A stretch of DNA of 64,000 nt, from positions 1 to 64,000 of IMG/VR virus record IMGVR_UViG_3300028581_000020, one strand, 5' to 3'. The translations under genes were made by a program, and so were the position numbers. This document shows positions 44,658 to 54,600 of the stretch, in pieces. How positions within the stretch are numbered: the stretch's first letter is position 1; each line of letters starts with the position of its first letter. This DNA is from a virus. Below the pieces are notes generated by a model, which searched no databases, was not told where the DNA came from, and saw nothing but the letters and a program-made list of their open reading frames with translations.

Positions 44658-46544
44658 TTACTCCTCAGTCGGCAGTTGTTCTCCAACAGCTTGTCTCGCT
44701 GCTGGGTTTTGTAATATCGTAAATAGTGCGGCATTCTTAGCCATCTGATTCTTATCAGAAAGCGCCGTGCGTAAAGCCTCTCCGACTTTTCCTAGTCCGG
44801 GGGTATTTTGTAGCTTATCTGCAATAAACATCAAGTTGTCGTCGCTGGCAGTCGTTAGCGCACGATTGAAATTTGGTAGTGCTCTGGCGGCCTTCCCTGC
44901 CAAGTTTGCGGCCTCAATTGGGATACCCCTACCAGTCGATACACGACCAAAACTAGCTACAGATATAAGATTATTAAATACGTTACCATGTGGGTCAGTT
45001 CCCAGGGCTGTATGTACGGTGGCGGCTTTGTCGGCTTCATCACGAATTTGCTTAAAGAAAGAGTTTTTATCAACTCCCATTCTATCAAAGATAGTTTCTA
45101 ATTGTTTACCTTCTTTAGATGCTTCGAATTTACGAACGGCTTCAGACGATTCTAATTGCTTAAAGTTTTGTTTTAATTTATTCAAAAGCTCTGTAGAATC
45201 TAAGGCTTTAGTTCCAGGAAGTTCCGATTTATTAATTAGATTCTTCAATTCGTCATAAACCTTGGTTTCGCCCGTCTTTAATTGTCCATAACGAACATTA
45301 GAAAGGCCTTCAGGACGAGCTTTTCCGATGATGGTTTCCGGAATCATTTCGCGGAACTCGGCAAAACGTTTAGCAGCTTTAGCGTATTCTGGAACTTGGT
45401 CATTAAGACGGCTCATAATATTTCGACTAAGATTCTGTAGATTTTCTCTTGCGGCTCGGGATTCTGGATTTAAATTTGCGGCAAGGTATTTAGATGCGTC
45501 GTCAAGCTCTGCTCGTAAAGAACGCACTTGATCTGGGGTGAATTCGAAATTAGGCTGTGAGTAAATCTTACGGAAAATCTTTGAAATAGTATTATCTGCG
45601 TCAATAGCAGGGTTATTGAGGAATGCCTTTTCTAATTCTTGTGCCGATTTATTAAGATCTGCACCAATATTAACCTTAATACCCTTTGCGGTTGCATTGG
45701 CAATGGAATCACCAACAGCCTTCCCGAGCATGTCGTCGGCGGCATTAATTTTATTCAACATAACTTCTGCGGCCTGACCTGGTTTAGACGCAAAAGCTTC
45801 TTTATTGGCAATATCAGTTCCTTCTTTACCGACATCAAATGCGTATTTCATTTGTCTGAGAAGTGCTGGGGCTTTATCTTTGTCCGGGACTTTTTTAAGC
45901 AGGGCGGCAGCGCCAGCTTTAGCCCCCATACCTAGAGCGCCTAATGTACCAAAACCCGCACCCCACTTAGCGCCACTTTCAGCGCCCTCAAGTCCGGATT
46001 CCAGGAGTTTTTTACGACTATCTTCAGTATCAAGGTTTCCTTCAGACTGCGTGAGTCCTAGGATTCCTCCCGTAACGCCTCCGACGCCAGCGCCCTTAGC
46101 GACACTTCCGGCCATGCGAGCAAGAAGAGGAAGCTTTGTTGCGCCTTGTGCGGCCTTGCCAATAGGCAAGAGAGCGCCCATGCCAATGCTACCGGCAATA
46201 TTACTAATCGTACCAGCAGTCGGACTTCTTTTCATTGCATCTTTGGCTTCTTTTTCACCAATCTTCTGATATTCGCGATATAACTCGGTCCAGTCTTTGC
46301 TAGAATCCCCGCCCATTGAATCGGGAAGAATCTTGGCAAGCGAAGCCCCAACAGCACCAGAAGCCTCATCGGCAAGACCACCAGAAAATCCTTGAGCCGC
46401 TTGAATTGCGCTGTCATACAAAGTCTCACCGACAGCGTTGGCACCTTCTTGAATACGAGATCCAATAGAGGGACCTTCGAGGCTTTGCTCTTCAAATCCA
46501 TCATCTAAACCGACATCAATAAAACCATCATCAAGTTTTGGCAT
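44658..46544 (-). CDS. Putative internal virion / DNA ejection protein
   Basis: Gly/Ala-rich glycine-zipper N-half, helical C-half, and position in the module. Confidence 0.55.
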   Translation of the reverse strand: MPKLDDGFIDVGLDDGFEEQSLEGPSIGSRIQEGANAVGETLYDSAIQAAQGFSGGLADEASGAVGASLAKILPDSMGGDSSKDWTELYREYQKIGEKEAKDAMKRSPTAGTISNIAGSIGMGALLPIGKAAQGATKLPLLARMAGSVAKGAGVGGVTGGILGLTQSEGNLDTEDSRKKLLESGLEGAESGAKWGAGFGTLGALGMGAKAGAAALLKKVPDKDKAPALLRQMKYAFDVGKEGTDIANKEAFASKPGQAAEVMLNKINAADDMLGKAVGDSIANATAKGIKVNIGADLNKSAQELEKAFLNNPAIDADNTISKIFRKIYSQPNFEFTPDQVRSLRAELDDASKYLAANLNPESRAARENLQNLSRNIMSRLNDQVPEYAKAAKRFAEFREMIPETIIGKARPEGLSNVRYGQLKTGETKVYDELKNLINKSELPGTKALDSTELLNKLKQNFKQLESSEAVRKFEASKEGKQLETIFDRMGVDKNSFFKQIRDEADKAATVHTALGTDPHGNVFNNLISVASFGRVSTGRGIPIEAANLAGKAARALPNFNRALTTASDDNLMFIADKLQNTPGLGKVGEALRTALSDKNQMAKNAALFTILQNPAARQAVGEQLPTEE

Positions 46545-48229
46545 TATAATTTTCCATCCTTGATTTCTTTAGTTCCATCAGCATAAATAAATTGCGTTTG
46601 ATTAGTTTTAGGATTGTACCCCTTTTTCACAACAGACTTTTGTTGAGATTGTGAAGGAGCTTCGGGAACTTCCGGTAAAATAAGACTAGCATCAACACCA
46701 CGTTTTTTAGCTTGCTGCAAATACGGAGCTGCGGTCGTTTTCCATTGACCATATTGTACGTTTCTGGCGTTTATTGCGAAATTTTTAACATTTTCGCGCT
46801 CTTTTGGCGTTAAAATTTCCCCTTTTAGGCCGCGAGTAATGGAACTTTTTACTGTCGTTGGAATTGAGCGTGCATTCCTAACGAACGAAATTTCACCTTC
46901 ACGAACCACTGAATCTGGATCTAGAGAACGAACGAATCCGTATAATAGCGCCAAATCGTTTTGTGGGTTGGGTTTATTAACCAACTCATCCATCTGTTTC
47001 GTCATACTATCCAAGGTCATGAGTTTTTCGTATTCTTTTCCGGTGACTTTCGGTGCCACTTGTCGGGCAAATTCTTCTCCGCGCTGGTCTTCTTTTGTTT
47101 GCCTATTTACAGCGAGGACCGCCTGGCGGAATTTACCTTCTTCTTTTCTAGCATCCAGACGATCAGCTTGCATGTCTTTTTGATTTTGACGCGCAAGCTC
47201 CATTTCCTTTTCTTTAAATACGTTAGGAAGAATCTTTTCTAGATCTTCAGCAGAAGCATCGCCCTTAACTTCAAGACCAAGCTTCTTCATATAATCACGA
47301 TAACCTTTAGATACAGGACTATTTGGGTCTTTCTTATCAAGAGCCATCGTTTCTTTTACTTGACCGGGCATTGCTTGGGCTTGTTCAATGTTCTTTTGGA
47401 ACAATTCTTGACCAACAGGTTTAACGTGAGCAATCGAAGAACCGATTAAATTTGCAGATTGGCCCAGATTACCAACTAGAGAACCTCTATTAGCTCCCTC
47501 TTGTGCTGCCATAAAAGCCGCCATACGATCTTGTCCATCACCAAAGTCAATGGACTTCTGGGGAGGAGGAAGCGGAGCTTCTAGCTGTGCTGGGGCTCTT
47601 GGGGCAATAGATGCCGGAGGCTTCATACCATCAGCAGGAGGAGGCATAATTGGAGCTTCTAGGGCTTGTGGGGCTTCAGGCATAGGGGGCTGTGACGCCA
47701 TAGGAGCCATTGGAGGCTCACCCTTGACGGAAGGAGATCCACGGAGCATGTCCATAAGACCGAGGGCACCCAAACCGCCTCCCACGACGTATGGAAGAGC
47801 CTTAGGAGTTGACATATTTACAGGGGCAGGAGGAGGAAGGGCTAGTTGCGCAGATTGAGGTGGAAGGGCTTTTGGGGCCATAGAAGGTGCGGCCTCGTCC
47901 GCCATACGAAAAACACCTTCTTCGAAATCATCGGCAGCGCCCATGGCTTTTTTAGTGAAATCGTATCCCTTAGGAACCATATCACCAACAACTTCGGCTT
48001 CTTTTGCTGCCATTGGAAGCGCCTTCATTGCGCCAGAACCGACATTTGAAATTGACCCAATCATAGACGCGCCTTGGGTTGACAAATCACGAATTTTTCT
48101 AGCTTTGTCTTCATCACCAACGAGTTTAGCCGTCATTTCGTCAATGCCTTTTTCGTAAGGAGCGGCAATATCCAACATGGGCTTTTGAAGCTCTTTGTAT
48201 TTCTTAAGAAGCTCTTCTAAGTAATTCAT
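46544..48229 (-). CDS. Putative internal virion / ejection protein
   Basis: Pro-rich linker and an LDPDSVVREGE motif. Confidence 0.55.
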   Translation of the reverse strand: MNYLEELLKKYKELQKPMLDIAAPYEKGIDEMTAKLVGDEDKARKIRDLSTQGASMIGSISNVGSGAMKALPMAAKEAEVVGDMVPKGYDFTKKAMGAADDFEEGVFRMADEAAPSMAPKALPPQSAQLALPPPAPVNMSTPKALPYVVGGGLGALGLMDMLRGSPSVKGEPPMAPMASQPPMPEAPQALEAPIMPPPADGMKPPASIAPRAPAQLEAPLPPPQKSIDFGDGQDRMAAFMAAQEGANRGSLVGNLGQSANLIGSSIAHVKPVGQELFQKNIEQAQAMPGQVKETMALDKKDPNSPVSKGYRDYMKKLGLEVKGDASAEDLEKILPNVFKEKEMELARQNQKDMQADRLDARKEEGKFRQAVLAVNRQTKEDQRGEEFARQVAPKVTGKEYEKLMTLDSMTKQMDELVNKPNPQNDLALLYGFVRSLDPDSVVREGEISFVRNARSIPTTVKSSITRGLKGEILTPKERENVKNFAINARNVQYGQWKTTAAPYLQQAKKRGVDASLILPEVPEAPSQSQQKSVVKKGYNPKTNQTQFIYADGTKEIKDGKL

Positions 48230-49305
48230 TATGCAATACTCCCGGAGTTACCGAATCCCGAGCCGGAAGAATTTCCTTTTATAAGTTTTTTTGCCGAATT
48301 CTCTAGTTCTTTGTCTTTCAATCTCTTCAAAATCTCATTGTTTTGGAGATAATTAGCACCGGCTCCTAGCCCAGAACCAACACCACTACCAATCCCAGAC
48401 CACATTTGTGCTGTAGAATTTGCATTATTTTGGTCATTTGACGCCTTACCTTGAAGAGCATTTGCTTTGCGTTCGGCCTGTGCTGCACGATTTGCATATT
48501 CTTGCGCTTCTGCGCTTCTTTGACGATTTAGTTCTTGATTGGCCTGTGCTGTATTTTGATCTGAGGCCTGTTGTGCGGCATTTAGATTGTATTTTTGTGC
48601 TTCATTTGAAGAATTAGTATTGCGCGTTTGGCGAGCAATTTGATTTTGTAAATTAAAACGTGACATTTCATCAGCAGCGGAAGCCTTGGCTTGTGCAATC
48701 GTATTATCTTGTCCGCGAATGCTACCGGACATATTACCGTATTTATCTAGGGCGCTTAAAGACGCTCGGGAAGCCTCTGCCGCTAGACGGTCAGCTTCTT
48801 CTGCTTGTTGGTTTGCACCGCTTTGTGCTGCTTGTAATTGAGCAACTAGCTCTGCGCCAGAACCACCCATACCACGTTGTTGTAGTTGTTGGAGAATTTG
48901 TCCACGTTGTCCTTGAACATCACGTTGAACTTTATTACGCATTTCATTGAATGCTGCTCTCTCTTCAGGACCAATTCCGGTTTCGGAGCGGTCTTTTAGA
49001 AGCTGCAAAGCGCTCATCTGAGCTTCACGAAGACTGGGATCTTCCTGTACTTGCGCTGCTTGCGATACAGCATCACCAAGGTCTTTTTCTAATTGAGGAG
49101 TTAAAACCCCAACAGACTTGAATTTTTCTAGAATGATTTCTCGTTGAAGATCAGGGCCAGCGCCAATAGCGTCAATTTCTGCCATAGCAGCATCGAGGGC
49201 CTGCTGCGCTTTTTCTCTGTCTCCACGAGACGAAATGTTGCCAATAACACCACCAGCAATGGGGGCTAAAGCACTACCAATAGCGAGAGCTGTTCCGACT
49301 GCCAT
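48229..49305 (-). CDS. Putative DNA pilot / ejection protein
   Basis: Hydrophobic Gly-rich N-terminus and Q/A-rich coiled coil. Confidence 0.6.
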   Translation of the reverse strand: MAVGTALAIGSALAPIAGGVIGNISSRGDREKAQQALDAAMAEIDAIGAGPDLQREIILEKFKSVGVLTPQLEKDLGDAVSQAAQVQEDPSLREAQMSALQLLKDRSETGIGPEERAAFNEMRNKVQRDVQGQRGQILQQLQQRGMGGSGAELVAQLQAAQSGANQQAEEADRLAAEASRASLSALDKYGNMSGSIRGQDNTIAQAKASAADEMSRFNLQNQIARQTRNTNSSNEAQKYNLNAAQQASDQNTAQANQELNRQRSAEAQEYANRAAQAERKANALQGKASNDQNNANSTAQMWSGIGSGVGSGLGAGANYLQNNEILKRLKDKELENSAKKLIKGNSSGSGFGNSGSIA

Positions 49306-49306
49306 T

Positions 49307-49684
49307 TTATAACCTCTTTATCATATTAGACATTTTAGTGTCTGTAATTAAAAAACCAAAGTCTTCATATCTCTGAATAAGTCCAGGATGCTCCAGAGAA
49401 GTAAACACACTTTTAAACCCAGATTCTTTTGCTTGTGACAAAAGATCGTCAATAATCAAATTCAGAGCTTGACTACGATCAGACTTATCTGACTCTGGGT
49501 TTGAAATAACAAACTCAAGCCAACAAATTTTACTATCCGTACGATACAAAAAACCAGCAGCAACGCCATCGACAATCATTCCCGTGGCTGGAAGCATGTC
49601 GTAAGAAGGAACAGACCAATCCCTAGCTCTCCACCATGAGGCGAGAGTTGGATAATCGGTTATTTCTACCTTACGCAATACCAT
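49307..49684 (-). CDS. GNAT-like acetyltransferase in the virion module
   Basis: VAAGFLY...WLEFVISNP...YEDFGF. Confidence 0.6.
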   Translation of the reverse strand: MVLRKVEITDYPTLASWWRARDWSVPSYDMLPATGMIVDGVAAGFLYRTDSKICWLEFVISNPESDKSDRSQALNLIIDDLLSQAKESGFKSVFTSLEHPGLIQRYEDFGFLITDTKMSNMIKRL

Positions 49685-51210
49685 TAAAATCCTCTACTCA
49701 TAAGATTTTTATAATAGGCAAGTTGTTGAGATTGTTGTTCATTATCTCGACGAGCGTTTTCTATATCTCGTTCTTGTTTTGCTATTTCCGATTTAAGACT
49801 TGCACTCTTTGCTTGGCTTTCGAAATCAGAAATACCACGCTTACGAAGCTGTGCTAATTCAGTGTTTAATTGTGCTAATCTAGATTGACCAGTTTGTATG
49901 TGCTGATTTCCCGTTTCATATCTAGCTTGGATTGGGGCACTTTCAGCCGCCCATTGTTGCTTCATTGGGTCTAGAAGGCGATTTCCAGCCTGACGACCGA
50001 CCTGAGCATCGAGTCCGGCCTTAATTTGCGGTAATTGTCCGGAGAATGCCTGATATGCCTGGTCTACGCCACCTAGTCGCGCTAAAGCATTTAAACGTGA
50101 AGCCTTTTGTTCATCAATGAATTGTTGTTCCTTAACAGGACCGGCTTGCTCGTATTGTAAAGAAGGGGAAAGAACGGCGGCAGGATCTAGGCCGTATTCA
50201 ACGGCCTTCTTAGCCAGTTCAACCAACTCAGATTGTTTTTGTTGTGGTGTCCCCAAATTAGACATTCCAGGACGGCTTAAATTTATTTTGTCGCTTTGCT
50301 GGTCTTCGGGAGATTGAATACCAGGGTTACGATATTGACGCTCAAGTTTTTCTATTTGCTGATAATATTCAGGACTTCCTATAGCAACTCCCGCCTGACC
50401 ACGAATAGTTGCCTGAAGTTGGTCGTAAATACCTTGGGCCGCCTGTGATTTTTTATTAAATTGGCGAGCTTGATCGGCAGCTTCGGCTGTAACGGCATTT
50501 TGAGCGCCAGACAACTGTTTTTTAGTTTCTTCTGCAAATTGCTGAGCTTGACCTAGCGCTTGTTGTCCTTGTCCCAAGGCGGCAGCTTGTGCGGCCTGTG
50601 CTTCTGGAGATATGGCAAGTGCTTGACGGCGAGCACCTTGGAGTGCAGAACGATCAACATTAGCGCCAAATAACAAGGAGTCTAGACGTTTTTGTCCACC
50701 CGTATATTGTTGATTCCCAGCAGCAAAACGCTGGAGGAGATTCATTTGTCCTGGAGTATTACTAACATCTCCGGCAAGTTTTGCTGTTCTTTGCGCGGCA
50801 GATTGAATTCCGGCAGAGTTCGAAAGGCCCTGTTGGCCCATCTGTTTTAATTCGGCAGATGGTCCTGATAGATAGTTCTTGAATTTATTGACATCTTCGT
50901 CCGTTGCTGTTTGAGCGCCAGACAGAATGCGGGCAGAATTTTCTTTATCGGCAGAAGTTCCTAATTGTTGTTGTTGAAGACCCGCACTAAACTTTTCTTT
51001 AGATTGACCAATATCTTGCTTGACTTTGCCGGTCTCATTTTTAATACCAGTAGTTACAGCTTGGCCTAGTTTATTACCCTCGTTTGCTTGCAGGTAACGG
51101 CTAAGGTTTGTAAACCCAGAGCCCTTTTTTTGGGGGCCGCCAATACCAGCGTCTTTTTTATTAATAATATCAGCCATAGGTTCCTTAATATAGTTGTTAA
51201 TTGTACGCAA
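49684..51210 (-). CDS. Q/A-rich virion protein
   Basis: Composition and context. True start may be the second Met (MADIINKK). Confidence 0.55.
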   Translation of the reverse strand: MRTINNYIKEPMADIINKKDAGIGGPQKKGSGFTNLSRYLQANEGNKLGQAVTTGIKNETGKVKQDIGQSKEKFSAGLQQQQLGTSADKENSARILSGAQTATDEDVNKFKNYLSGPSAELKQMGQQGLSNSAGIQSAAQRTAKLAGDVSNTPGQMNLLQRFAAGNQQYTGGQKRLDSLLFGANVDRSALQGARRQALAISPEAQAAQAAALGQGQQALGQAQQFAEETKKQLSGAQNAVTAEAADQARQFNKKSQAAQGIYDQLQATIRGQAGVAIGSPEYYQQIEKLERQYRNPGIQSPEDQQSDKINLSRPGMSNLGTPQQKQSELVELAKKAVEYGLDPAAVLSPSLQYEQAGPVKEQQFIDEQKASRLNALARLGGVDQAYQAFSGQLPQIKAGLDAQVGRQAGNRLLDPMKQQWAAESAPIQARYETGNQHIQTGQSRLAQLNTELAQLRKRGISDFESQAKSASLKSEIAKQERDIENARRDNEQQSQQLAYYKNLMSRGF

Positions 51211-51610
51211 ATACAGTTAATAAGAACGGCGTATTTGCCGGTAGTCCTGTGACGTGTAAAATGTCTACAGATGCCGATAGTTGTCTGTACGTTATAAATG
51301 GGGCATTATTTGGATAACCTGCGGCATTTGATTGGTTTTCCGCTCTTAATACGGATAATCCGACCACCCGCACGGCACTCTTTAAAGGCACAACGGTTTT
51401 GGCTTTTACCGTTCCATCAGCATTTACCGTAATATTAACGGTGAACAGCGTCCCCTGCATATTATCGCCTAGAGTAAGACGACCGCTTAAAGCCGCATAG
51501 GCACTATCAAATCCATCATTTATAGAGCCAGCAAGAAGGTCGATGGTTGGCTGGATTTCTTGGTCAAAATCAGACTTATTAATTCGCTTAAAATTTCCAA
51601 GCTTAGCCAT
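51197..51610 (-). CDS. Virion structural protein
   Basis: Context only. Confidence 0.5.
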   Translation of the reverse strand: MAKLGNFKRINKSDFDQEIQPTIDLLAGSINDGFDSAYAALSGRLTLGDNMQGTLFTVNITVNADGTVKAKTVVPLKSAVRVVGLSVLRAENQSNAAGYPNNAPFITYRQLSASVDILHVTGLPANTPFLLTVFAYN

Positions 51611-51612
51611 AA

Positions 51613-54600
51613 TTAGTTCCTATATGCTCTTGTAGAAATACCGACATTTCCACTAATAGTTACTCCATATACAGACCACTCTTCTCTAGCAACAGAATGT
51701 AAGAACGATAGATTAATATAACGACATCTCATGTAGTTTCTAGGAACATACGTTCTAAATGGTGATGAATTCGAAGCTCCGCCAAAATAGCCTTCACCAA
51801 AAGGTCCCGTACCCGTCCCAAATATCCCATTACCGGAAGAATTAAATTCCACGTAAGTGGTCAGAGGAATTAAATCGCTACTAAAGCCCATCTTACCTTT
51901 GGTGAATGCCCTATTAGCAAACATGATAGTTGCTTCCATTAAATGTTTCCATCCCAAGGGATCGCCCATTGTTTCTGGAGCATAAGTTACAGAACACGGA
52001 ATAGACTTAAATACCGTCATTTCACCAACAATAAATTGCGGGCTAACGTTAAGTGTAACTTTTTTAATATTACGATTTACAGCAGTTACTACCGCCTCGA
52101 AGGAAGTGTCGTATTCAATTTGTGAATAGTTTGTGAACGTAAAGTTTGTGCTGGTATTCATTGCATCTATCATAGCATTATAACATGCCATAATATCTTG
52201 AAACGATTCTACCTGCGTAGACCAAGTTCCAGTGGTTCCTGGAGTTGTGACATCAACAGGAACCGTAAAGGTATTGGCCGTAAGAACAGTAACTTCACGA
52301 GAACCGTTAATAACTGGAAAGGAATCTGTGCTAGCAATTGTAATAACACGACCAGAAACCAAGCCATGTGCAGAATCAGTGACAACTGTTGGATTAGCAA
52401 CAGAAATTCCGGTTATAGTACCAGTTTTTGATGCAATTAGGCTGCTAAATGTTGGTGATTCTGTTATCTCAGAGTCTAGTTTAGTTGCGAGTGCTTCCAT
52501 TTTAGAGCGCATATCGTCCCCAGAAACAGCAAATAGTGTCGAATAGTAATCATCAGAAGGAACTGATGGATCTATGTCAAGCTTTTCAAGAAGACTATTA
52601 AATCTAAATACACTTAATGTTTGAGATTGTTCAATAACATCACCAACTTCAATATCTGAAACCGAAGAAAACTCTAGGGTATTTGGTGCTGGATATCCAG
52701 AAGAAGACAGCAGAAGGCTATACTGCCTATCAGCATAATCCGTACGAGTGAAGTCTTTTCTTTCTTGTTCGATTTGATTAACATCCCCGGCACCAATAAC
52801 CAGGCGGTCGTCCACAGGATTCACAATGCCACAGGTGTTTTGCTTTTCGTAAGTGGTCCACGTTTGTGTTAGTGTACTGTATCTAAAACACTGTGTTGCG
52901 GTTGTGTCGTTAGTATTGGAGACTGTCCATACCAAGTAAGAATCGTCGGACTCATACCCAATTCCCCACGTCGCTGTTGCAAAGTTTGTATAGCTGCTTG
53001 ACGCTAGCTTAAGTATTTGTGTGTCAATTGCACGCGATCTTGTGTCTACCGAGGCCTCAGTGACCGTTACGATGCCCTTTTTGGTCCAAGCATAAATTGT
53101 ATTATTTGAAGAGTCCACGCTATCTGGAGCAATGAGGATACACGAAAGATCAAATGGTTCTAGTATGTACTGTCCAGTTTCTCCTGAAACGCGATATAGC
53201 CCATCTTCTGTAAAGATGAATAAACTATTTCTTAATGGAAAAATACGAAGTATCTGGTTTTCTAGTGGTCCAACGTCAAAATAGTTAACAAGAGGAACGG
53301 CTTCCGGTTGTCCTGGTTTAGAATAGAATATTCTGTTTGGTCGTGCCTCGTTCTCAGAAACCTCAGCGGAAGGTAGCGGGATCAATGCCCCCATAGTTCC
53401 ATTTGCCGTGGTTGAAACTGGAACGGTAAAGCTTGTTGAATTTATTACAGTAACAACTCTTATTCCGTCAATGCTTGGCGTTGAGTCTGTATTAGTAATT
53501 AACACTTTATCAAGATTATTCAGTCCATGTGGAGTTGAGGTTGTTACGGTTGCTTGTAGTTCTGGTGCGGCGATATTAGAAATCTGCACGCTAGGAGCTA
53601 CAATCGGATCAAAGCTTTCGGCCACCGTTGAGTTATTCGCTAAGATATAGAATTCCGGTACAGGCAGGTCGCGACCTTCTAATAACATAATACCTGGATT
53701 TGTATCAATACCAGGTAAATAATATCCGTATGTAACTTCGCCTTTGTTCTTATTCATAACACGAACAAAGCTCTTTGCTGTATTTTCTACGGCCTGTCCC
53801 ACCGAAGTGATTGTCGAAAGAAGAACTTGTAGCTCTCCTTCTTGTGAAGTGCTTACAGTAAAGCCCCCAGATGTCACGTTCTCTGTAGTAGGTGACGTTG
53901 GTCCATAATCAACACTGGTGATAGTTAGTTGATTTGTATTAACTGAGACGTTAAAATAACCAGTATCAGTCAGCGCAGTTTGGATCTTGATGGCCATCTG
54001 ATCGGCAGTCTCAGATCCAGTGGTGTCAATGCTAATCCCGCTCAAACCGAATACGTTCGGGTCTGTGGCCGATCCGCGATCAAACCATACATAATATTGT
54101 TGTTTACCAAAGGGGGTAAACACACTGAAATAGTCAGCAGTTCCCGCTGCGGCATATGCGGAGCCAGCAACGCACGTAACAACTGAGACTTCTTGTGTTA
54201 CTTTTTCACCACGACCCTGCTGCGTAACCGTGAAGGTGAAGCCTGCTGGAAGCGTAGAAACAACGTCATCAACATACCCATCTTCCAATGTCGTAATTAA
54301 AACTGTGCTGGTCGATATTGAAGATATTTCAGCATTAAAATCGTATAATAATGTATTAATACAGTTTTTTACTTTTTCGGCAACCTGGGATGATGTATCA
54401 GAAGAAAGAACGTCTATAGCAAGTCCCGTTCTACCGGAAAGGGCGGGATCTGTGCCCGCATTGTCAACTCTAAACCAGAAATAGTATAAGTTTTCGTTGT
54501 TGCCAGAATTTATATTGAAATAGCTGCTAGCCAATAATGCTGTACTTCCTGCAGCACAAACCAGGGAGGTCTCTTCTTCTCTCCCAGTAACAAATTCATA